Below, piece by piece: positions 53,950 through 64,000 of a stretch of 64,000 bases of DNA. Source of the DNA: Octopus vulgaris (Eukaryota). The DNA lies in the NCBI GenBank assembly GCA_951406725.2, contig OX597827.1, positions 17,050,001 to 17,114,000 of the forward strand, in the 5' to 3' direction. The position numbers and the translations under genes were made by a program. The notes beneath the pieces are model-generated. The model ran no database searches. It was not told the DNA's origin and was given only the letters and a program-made list of their open reading frames with translations. Within the stretch, counting starts at the first letter, position 1; every line of letters starts with the position of its first letter.

Positions 53950-53988
<39 letters not shown>

Positions 53989-54025
53989 TATAGATAGATA
54001 GATAGATACATAGATACATAGATAC

Positions 54026-54067
<42 letters not shown>

Positions 54068-54163
54068 TGATAGATAGATAAATATAGGTTTCTCCATATA
54101 TGCATATCTATATCTATCTATATCTATAGCTATATATATATACATACATGTACATGCATATGC

Positions 54164-54205
<42 letters not shown>

Positions 54206-54453
54206 CTTTATTGTGTGCTTATACTTATTCATACACACACATATATATATACATAGATACAATTATGAGTACATATATGTATACACACATACACACACAT
54301 ACAAGCACTCACTCACACACACACATACATATATATCTAAAGAAATACACGTATTCCTACATATGTACACATGATTAAAATATGACATATTTACGAAGAC
54401 ATACACACACATGCATACATCAATACTTGCATACATATAATCACACGAACCGA

Positions 54454-54522
<69 letters not shown>

Positions 54523-55202
54523 TTACTTACTGAGAGATCGAAAGAAGAGGTGTGCAGAAAGAGTGAATTGGAGATATGTGCCTAGAGATATGCAGAAAAA
54601 TATATTCGTCAAAAGCTACGGTGTGTAGCTTTACATACTGTATAAACGACTTCAGTTATGGTTTTGGTGTGTGTGTATGTGTATATGTGTGTATATTTGT
54701 GCGCCTGTATGACTGTGCATGTCTATACTTTTGTGTATATGCGCATATATTATATAACAGTGACACACATACCCACACCGTGTATACGTATATATGTATG
54801 AATTTATTTCTTTAGTTTAATATATACATATATTATAAATGTTTTATATTGAATAATATTAGTATACGCGTATAACATATAATGTATTCACACACATACT
54901 TTCATACACACACACACAGAGAAACATAAATTATATTTGAAACGTTGAAATGCTGTTATTGAATTTGCTTATTAAATTCCTGAAGAGGTGTTATTTCCAG
55001 CTTTGATTGAACCGTATAAATAACTTTATTAATTGAGTAGTCTTTGACACAGCACCTGCTCTCAAAATCTTATTCCGAATATAAGCAGAATCGTGGCAGT
55101 TACCATGGATCATCTCCATCTCCCTCAGAGTATTTTGACATTTTCCAGAGTTACGTGCCGAAAATATGTGTGTGTGTCTCTCTCTCTCGCTCTTACTTTC
55201 AT

Positions 55203-55301
<99 letters not shown>

Positions 55302-55765
55302 GGAATAAATCTAAACAACAGCTACAAAAATCAAACCCTTGCGTTCCAACATCTGCTCCTTTTTGTCATCTGCTGTTTTGCTATAAATAAAAGACATCTT
55401 CTCGTCTTTTATTTTTTAAAATAGAGATGAGGGCTTTATATTATATTGTTGTAAAAAGATTCGCAATGTGACTAAGTGAATAAAGAAAAAATGAAAATGC
55501 ATCGTATGCAGAAGTAAATTATAAACAATAAACTGAAGTATATTTTAAACGTCAGTGTAAAAATTTACAGGTATTTCGATACCCGCAATAATGGCGGCCA
55601 TTGCGCCCGTAGCATTAGGTAACCTCTTCATTTATGTGTGTTATATCGGAATACGCATGATGATCAAACGTTGTTAACACTAGGCTATGAATGATATCTC
55701 TAAATCTTGTAATATAACCTAGTATATGAACAGACATCCACAAATTTCTACACACACAGAGGCAA

Positions 55766-55804
<39 letters not shown>

Positions 55805-56021
55805 CATTCAAAATGTGATCGCGTGTGTACTGTTGGCGATTTTTTTTCCTCCGTCTTCCCTTCTCTGGATCTTTCCTTTTCCTATGTTTCTGACAAAGAG
55901 CTCCGCTCGAAACGTAAAACCCTCCTTCTTCCCTTCCTTCATGAGCGTCCAATAATACTATACTTGTTCCACGTCCTCGCGTTGTTGTATTTTCTCTTTG
56001 TGTTTTCATGTTGTGATTAAC
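55805..56021 (+). mobile_element. CUGACGA-family hammerhead-bearing element in (TA)n
   Basis: 55886-55920: gttt-CTGACAA-a-gagctccgctc-GAAA-cg-TA-aaac (G8 decayed to A at a CpG). Confidence 0.75.
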
Positions 56022-56025
56022 TATA

Positions 56026-56096
<71 letters not shown>

Positions 56097-56140
56097 TATA
56101 TATATGTATGTATATATGTATATATATGTATGTATATATG

Positions 56141-56196
<56 letters not shown>

Positions 56197-56212
56197 TACA
56201 TATACATATACA

Positions 56213-56432
56213 TAGCTGGCAGAATCATTAGCACGCCGGGCGAAATGTTTAGCGGTATTTCGTCTGCCGCTACATACTCAGTTCAGATTCCGCCGAGGTT
56301 GACTTAGCCTTTCATCCTTTCGGGATCGATAAATTAAGTACGCACTGGGGTCGATGTAATCGACTTAATACATTTGTTTCTCCTTGTTTATCACCTCTAT
56401 GTTCGGCCCCTTGTGGGCAATAAAGAAATAAG
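56213..56432 (+). mobile_element. Group C SINE
   Basis: agctggcagaatcattagcacgccgggcgaaatg...aataaagaaata. Confidence 0.85.
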
Positions 56433-56539
56433 ATAGATAGATACAGAGTCGAACATACATGCATGAGGGGTGTGTGCTGTTAGTTTGTCGGGCGGCTGCG
56501 TTTTTTTTAGGCGTAAGAAAGTATAATCTCAATGGCCTT

Positions 56540-56810
56540 TGGGTAATCCAATCTACGGAGCAGTCTGCTCGTTAAATTAACGTGCGAATGGCTGAGCACT
56601 CCACAGACGCAAGTACATTTAACGTAGATCGCAGGAGGATTCAGCATGACACAGATTGTGACAAGGTTGGCCCTTTGAAATATAATCTGAGTGGACTGGA
56701 GTAACGTGAAATAAAGCGTCTTGCTCAAGGACACAACACGTCACCGGTAATTGAACTCACCTCCTTACGATCGTGAGGTGAAATACCCAAGCCACTAAGT
56801 CATATGCCTA
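56540..56810 (-). mobile_element. Older tRNA-derived SINE (group A-related)
   Basis: Similar to 26671-27120. Confidence 0.65.
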
Positions 56811-56834
56811 CACTATATATATATATATATATAT

Positions 56835-57512
56835 ACCGTAACATATAACTGCCAACCAAGTGAGGCGGCCTATATAGAATAGTGTTACTGACTTTTACAG
56901 GTCCAGGAAGACATCTGCTCCTGCTGGCTAAAAGCACACATTCTGTGTCCGATATAGTATTTGCGAGGGGAGATAATCGCTTCCATCTCTAGCCTTACGT
57001 GATACACACGGACTCGAGTTTCTTGGTGGTTAATCACAAGCTAGTGATGAAAGCTCATTCCACTCGCAAAATACTATATGCTTTTTCCAGCGACAAATTG
57101 TCGCTGATCTCGAAAACGCAGAAATAAGCTATATTAAATCTCTGGGCAAGATATAAACAGTAGCAGTACGGAACCGTAACATATAATTACCGACCAAGTG
57201 TGGCGTCTTGTACAGGACAGTGCTACTGACGTTTATAGCTCCAGGAAGACATCTCCTCCAGCTGGATACAGAACCGTACAGAAACGTGAGTCTGCGGTTA
57301 TCACCTAAGGTTAGAGGTGGGAGCGATGGCCTCCTTTCGCACATACTAATCGGACACAGAATGTGTGCCGTTAGCCAGCTGGAGCTGATATCTTCCTGGA
57401 GCTATAAATGTCAGTAGCACTGTCCTGTACAGGACGTCACACTTGGTTGGCAATTATATGTTACGGTTCCGTACTGCTACTGTTTATATCCCGCTCAGAG
57501 ATTTAATTTAGC

Positions 57513-57516
<4 letters not shown>
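56835..57516. mobile_element. Fold-back MITE with ~140-bp TIRs (57125-57516) plus an adjacent truncated copy (56835-57124)
   Basis: ttaaatctctg..gatataaacagtagcagtacggaaccgtaacatataatt...ccagctgg and its reverse complement. Flanked by (TA)n. Confidence 0.75.
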
Positions 57517-57559
<43 letters not shown>

Positions 57560-57658
57560 AGAGGGTATATGAAAAGTCCTGAGCCCCCCCCCCCCAAAAA
57601 AAAAAACATAGTACATCTCTTCTGATGAAGGTTCAAAACGTTTCCTACACCTCTCGTA

Positions 57659-58560
57659 TACTCTTTACTCTTTTATTTGTTTCAGTCAGTTGACTGCGGC
57701 CATGCTGGATCACCGCTTTTCGTCGAGCAAATCGACCCCGGGACTTATTCTTTGCAAGCCTAGTACTTATTCTATCCGTCTCTTTTGCCGAACTGCTAAG
57801 TTACGGGGAAGTAAACACACCAGCATATGTGTGTGTATGTGTGTGTGTGTGTGCGTGTGTGTGTGTGTGCGTGTGTGTGTGTGTGTATTTATGTATATAT
57901 GTATGTGTATGCAAATTTGTAGATACCTGAGTCTTGGAATACCTATTACGTGGAAGTTAGTGCGTGTAAACAGAATGCTTTAATATTACATTTTGGCAGA
58001 ATTTTGGAGGGAAGATTTACGAATTCAAATGTCTATGTAGATTTAGCCTTTGCTCGCTATCTTCAGCTATTTTGATGTCGCATGGTCAGAAAGTTCGAGG
58101 TACGTAGCATTTGATAAATCTATGATAAATCTATTACAATGGAAAACTGTGCTGAAGACGGATGTGAAATATATATGCAATATATATGAAATATATATCA
58201 AAAGTATATATGAAATATATATTCAATATGTTTATAATCCAGAAACATGATGTTCGCAGATAACCGCCAGACTTCCTTTTCGTTATCTATTCCTACTGTT
58301 TTGCATATGTGAATTGCAGGGTTTGTCGTGTGTGGAGCCCCACTTGTGGAAAGTAGAAATAAGCATTTTTGACTGCTATTTCTACTTTTTCGGTATGCGG
58401 CCAAGCAACCTGTTGCCTGTCCCTTTTTCTTATATACAGTATATATACTGAACTTTACAGAAGTTCCTACCGTTAATCGGCTATATTTACATACCGAATC
58501 CTACCAGTAAATAATTGTGGTCTTTTTTAAAAAACCATTATATAAATTATTTACTCTTAT

Positions 58561-58628
<68 letters not shown>

Positions 58629-58766
58629 AGATATAGATACATATATACGACGGGCTTCTTGCAGTTTCTATCTACTGAATCCACTCACAAGGCTTTGGTA
58701 GGCACGAGGCTATAGTAGAAGACACTTGCCCAAGGTGCCACGCAGTGGGACTGAACCTGGAACCAG
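57659..58766 (-). mobile_element. Group B SINE pieces (3' part 57659-57825, 5' part 58640-58766), possibly one split copy
   Basis: Collinear halves on the same strand, ~800 bp apart. Confidence 0.55.
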
Positions 58767-60158
58767 GTATATACGATTCTCCAGTAAAATTACAATGCCT
58801 TTACGAAGGTAATTCAAGTTAGTGGTAACAAACTGCTTTCTTTTTTTTTTTTTTTGCCTTCTTAATGCATTCTTTCAGCTTGCTTCACCAGCTTCTATGG
58901 TTGAAACTATACGTAGACTGATGTATACACAGACTTTGGAATCTTTCTAAATATATGATTTTTTTTAAAATTAGAGATCAATACTTTTGCTCTAAATATA
59001 AACTTGTACTTGCTTTTCAACACTGATGAGAAAGGAGAAAAAAAAATGAAATTATTTATGTCATATTTATACATTCAGAATTCTGAGGTCAAAATCGATA
59101 CGGAACTAATGAGTGCCTTAAATAACAATGTGTGAAAATATAGATAAAATACACCCATATCAGCCTATGTATGATGTATTTGCAATATGGATCTCATACA
59201 AGATTTACGTTGATGGTTACACATGTAGTACTTCGCACGATTAGCGTAGCGTAAAAAGACGTTCGTCTGTTCTCATCGTATAAGCTCTTTGGCTAAGAAC
59301 GAGGTTATTCAATGTGAAATGCATTTCCACGACCTCTGAATACATTGTATTCTGAATCTGAAAAATCGTTGTTATCTAATTAAGGGCGACAGTGGTAGTT
59401 TGAAGTAAAATCCATTCCGCATCCTTCCGAAATTAACCCCGATATAAATCATATGATACACACACTCAATGAGGGTTTGCAATGAAATGTTTGGGTGAAT
59501 GAAAACGAGATAAATATATGATAAAAAAACCAGTGTATTTAAGATTAGGATCAGATCAGTAATAATCGAAAATATATAAATGTAACTGGGCTCTCCTTGG
59601 CTATAACGAAACAAATGTTATTGATATATTTTGTATTTTTATTTCAAAAGCAATGTTCGGAATCCGATACTTAGAGCGCTTCGCAAGTGAAGGAGAATAT
59701 GCGCTCTCCGCCTCCTATCTTTACCAAACGACATATATAACATTATATGAAACGGCCAAAGAAAATTATAAGCATAATATGTCTTGCCCGAAAAATTGCT
59801 GTCAGATAATATTTGCTATTCGGACTATAAAGGCTGTCAGTGGAAATGAGCGATAATAATATAAATGAGCCACCACAATATAACCACAACATAACCATCA
59901 GTCTTTACTTGTCTCTCTATGTATCCATATATCTCTCTATCACTATCGATTAAATCGATGATTACTTCCCCATCCTACCTCTGTCATTTTTATAAATCAT
60001 TTTCTCCGTTCTTGCCTCTCATCACCATTTTTTCCCTTATTTCTATTTGCTGGGTTTTTCTTCCCCCTCTCTCTGTATCTGTATCACTCAATCACCAAAG
60101 TTGCCTTGACCTTGATGAATACTTACCTTCTCTCACTAATCTCTCTCACTCTGTGTGC

Positions 60159-60201
<43 letters not shown>

Positions 60202-60222
60202 CACACACACTCACACATATAT

Positions 60223-60620
60223 TGGTGCAGGTGGGCCTGTGTGGTAAGAAGCTTGCTTCCCACCCACATGGTTCTGGGTTCAGTTCCACTGCGTAGAAAT
60301 TTGAGGAAGTGTCTTCTACTATAGCCTCGGGCCGACTAATGCTTTGCGAGTGGGTTTGATAGACGAAAACTGAAAGAAGCTCGTTATGTATATATATATA
60401 TATGTATATATTTATGTGTTTGCCCCACCACCACCGCTTGACAACTGATGTTGGTGTGTTTAACGTCCCCGTAACTTAGCAGTTCGGCAAAGTGCGATGG
60501 AATAAGTACCAGGCCTACAAAGAATAAGTCCAGGGGGCAATTTCTTCGACGAAAAGGTACTGCTCCAGCATGGTCAGAGTCGAGATGATTGAAACAGGTA
60601 AAAGAATAAAAGTAGAAAAG
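60223..60620 (+). mobile_element. Group B SINE (diverged)
   Basis: ggtgcaggtgggcctgtgtggtaagaagcttgc...gaaacaggtaaaagaataaaag. Confidence 0.8.
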
Positions 60621-61060
60621 AATATCTAAGCATATATTTCCTTCGTGTGTGTCTTTCGTCGTCTATTTTACCTTTTATTTGAATTTCCTTCTCTCCTTTT
60701 ACACATCTGCACTTCTCTCTCTCTTCTCTCTCTCTCTCTTGTTTAAAATGTTTGATACAAATAAAGAAAATAAAATAACGATGAATTTTATATATATTCA
60801 TATAGATACATACATACAGACAGAGTGACTGTGTCCTGGTTGCTGGTTTGTGCGCCGAAATTGACACCAAATAATGTTTAATTGATGTCATGTTTGAGTA
60901 GCAAACATGTGGCCTCCATGCTTCGATTCTTTTAGCTTCACTACACGATCTCAGATCAAATCGCTTGCTAGGCATATACATCTCCAAAATTATATCTAAT
61001 CATACATGCTCTATATGACTGTGTATCTGTGTGTGTGTGTGTGTATCATATGTAGATGTA

Positions 61061-61762
61061 CAGGGTGATTGAAAACTAACTCCCTATTTTAAAATACTTA
61101 TTAACTATAATTTTTGGAAAAGACGAATATGTAAAGAAAGTGTATAGCATGGAATTTTATTTAAAATTTAATATAGTCATCAGCATTCACCACCAGCTTC
61201 TGAAGCCGCCAGGGAACCACATCAACTGATTTCACCAGGAAGTCTTGTGGAATGAAAGACATAACTTCTCGTATTCACCCTTCAAGTTCTTCCAAAGTCA
61301 TTGGTTTGGTAGACTTCCTCCTTCAACCAGCCCCAAAGAAAACAGTCACAGGGTGTTAATTCAGGGCTTCTGGCCAGCCAGTCATGCGGACCTTGATGAA
61401 TTGGAAGAACGACCATTTCAAGTATCAGCTACAAATCCTGTAGTCATGAATTTTGCATGGCAATTCTTGATTATCTTTTTGTATCAACTTGAGCATGTCT
61501 TCCTCTAATGGTCCTCCACCATCTTTGCACTTGAACAACTGACCTCCAAACTTCGTAATGTGCAGCTAGCTGGGTACAGTAAGACATCTAGCCATGGTTG
61601 TAGAGCTTCTAAATTTCAAACAAAATAATCAATCTGAAAAAAACAACAACATGGAATCAATTCCCATACATTAAAGAATATACACAACAAATTTGAGAAA
61701 AAAATTATAGTTAAATAAATTATAAGCATTTTAAAATAGGGAGTTACTTTCCAATCACCCTG
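61061..61762 (-). mobile_element. Internally deleted Tc1/mariner element
   Basis: TA|cagggtgattgaaaactaactccctattttaaaat ... attttaaaatagggagttactttccaatcaccctg|TA. Minus strand encodes WLARSPELTPCDCFLWGWLK (~61320-61380). Confidence 0.88.
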
Positions 61763-62403
61763 TATATGTTTGTGTGTAAGTTTGTGGATCCTTCAGTAAT
61801 ATCATTTTTTATTTCACGTAACATCCATTTGTTGTAGAGGTCACTAATCTCTCCTCACAGATATTTCCTGTCTATCTAACAGACATATAATCTTTATAGT
61901 ACTGGAGCTCACTTAGTCTAAATCCCATTATATCAAACGACATTTTATAACTCCACCGAGCAAAATAACTTTTTTCTTATATACACATCCTATTCCTCAA
62001 TTTATTTAGTAATCTTATGCTTATTGTTCAGATCGTTAATATATACATACACACATATATCGTGTACCGAAATGCAATTCGAAGAGCCCGCCTCTTACAT
62101 AGATATATAAGTGTGAACAATGCTATGTACTATGCTGGATACATGTGTTCGTCTGGTATGTTGATTTTTTTGTTCATTTTTATATGTCTTAATTATGCTT
62201 GCACTGAAGATTAAAAAGTGCATTGTGTGTACTAATTATGAGATCATATTATCTGCTGCTGAATCTGTTTTTAAAAGTCTCGCTTCGAGAGTTGCATTCC
62301 CTCGCGTTCAGTACAATTTGTTTATTATGGTAGTTTTTTTACTTTAAGAGTCCCTCCTAGCGTGAGGCATTTATGTATAGTAATGCCCTTAATATGAATA
62401 AAT

Positions 62404-62539
<136 letters not shown>

Positions 62540-63276
62540 TGTTTGTATGGAAGCGCAATGGCCCAGTGGTTAGACCAGTGGACTCGCAATAACTGTAAGC
62601 ATCCTCCAAACTGACTAGGCACAGGAACCATCACAGCCAACTTCGACTACGAATAGCCATGAATACCATTCTCCACCCCTGCAATTCTGCAGAATGGTCT
62701 CGAACTTGCCACCATTCTATTTAAAGACTAGTTTACGCCCTTCTTCCCCCAGAACTATAAGCTTGATCAAGATTATTCTCTTAGCTTTGACAGACCACAA
62801 CACTACATCTAGCGTCAAACATGTCTGGACAACGTGAGACAACTGCAATCTTTCCCTAGGTTTACTTTCATACTCTATGATTGGGTCCCATGTAATAGAT
62901 GACTTGTCCTATTTAGTGCCTACGCTTGTCCTATTTGGTCGGCCCTAAGTTATAGTAGAAGACACTTGCTCAAAGTGTAACGAGACCAGACTTTAGAATC
63001 CAGCGAGGACTTCTTGCTTGTACGAAAAATTATTGCCGCAAATAGCAACACCCACTAAACCCAAAAACAAGTTTCACCTTACAGAGGACTTCAAAATTTT
63101 TCAATTCAAGATTGCTTCAAAAGCACGTCTTCACCGCTTCAGGTCCAAACACAACACTGATTCGCACATGCGCAGCCATACCTACGTTTGTATACATGAT
63201 AGCTGGTGGGCGAAATGCTTTTCCTGTTGCAGGATGGAGCTTTATTTTTTGTTATTATTTCGCTGTAGTAATGCAG

Positions 63277-63490
63277 CGAGCTGGCACAATCGTTAGCACG
63301 TCGGACAAAATTCTTAGCGTCATTTCGTCCGTCTTCACAGTCTAAATTCAATTACCGCGCCGGGATCGACTTCACCTTTCATTCTTTCGGCGTGGATAAA
63401 ATAAGTACCAGTTGAGTACTGGGGTTGATCTAATCGATTTATCCCCTCCCTGGAAATTGCTGGCCCAGTGCTAAATCTTGAAACCAGTAC
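63277..63490 (+). mobile_element. Group C SINE (older variant)
   Basis: gcgagctggcacaatcgttagcacg...gataaaataagtaccagttgagtactgggg. Confidence 0.75.
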
Positions 63491-63747
63491 TTTGGTGTAC
63501 TGTCCGTATTATAGTTTTAGGATAGGACAAAGGAACTTTAATTTTTTTCCCCTGTATCGCCAGAAGCTTGATAATATACAAAATAAAATATTGCATTTTG
63601 CAGTTGATATGTAATATGTGATATGTGTATTTACATGCATACACAGACAGGCACGCATACACACACATGTATTAGTATGATATATGTGTACGTATATATA
63701 GACATATACATGTGTGTAATGTATATATACCCACATGTAGATATATA

Positions 63748-63960
63748 TGGCAGAAACGTTACCGCGCCGGGCGAAATGTTTAGCGGTATTTCGTCTGTGT
63801 GTTCTGAGTTCAAATTCCGCCGAGGTCGACTTTGCCTTTCATCCTTTCGGGGTCGATAAATTAAGTACCAGTTACGCACTGGGGTCGATGTAATCAACTT
63901 AATCACTTTGTCTGTCCTTGTTTGTCCCCACAATGTTAAGCCCCTTGTGGGTAGTAAAGA
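63748..63960 (+). mobile_element. Group C SINE
   Basis: gagttcaaattccgccgaggtcgactttgcctttcatcctttcggggtcgataaattaagtacc. Confidence 0.85.
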
Positions 63961-64000
63961 TACATACATACATACATACATACATACATACATACATACA

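Noticed and set aside
59000-59900. Possible decayed transposase (piggyBac-like) relic
   Set aside because: Only isolated short peptide resemblances, not supportable without a search.

Overview
AT-rich, microsatellite-dense eukaryotic DNA with no recognisable intact host gene. The SINE, LINE and microsatellite repertoire strongly suggests an Octopus (coleoid cephalopod) intergenic or intronic region; this assignment is an inference. Almost all ORFs in the track are artefacts of (TA)n, (CA)n, (GATA)n and (CTAC)n repeats or of SINEs. The real content is three tRNA-type SINE groups, Tx1/L1-, RTE-, R4- and Penelope-like retroelement relics, non-autonomous Helitrons, Tc1/mariner relics and fold-back MITEs. 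The main discovery is a set of at least five short, often palindromic, Penelope-type elements in or beside (TA)n tracts. Each carries a minimal type I hammerhead-ribozyme fold with its own catalytic core: CUGAUGA, CUGACGA, CUGUAGA, CCGA(A/G)GA, and GUGAACA. The last is a natural swap of the C3:G8 tertiary pair to G3:C8. Coordinates were read by eye and may be off by a few bases.
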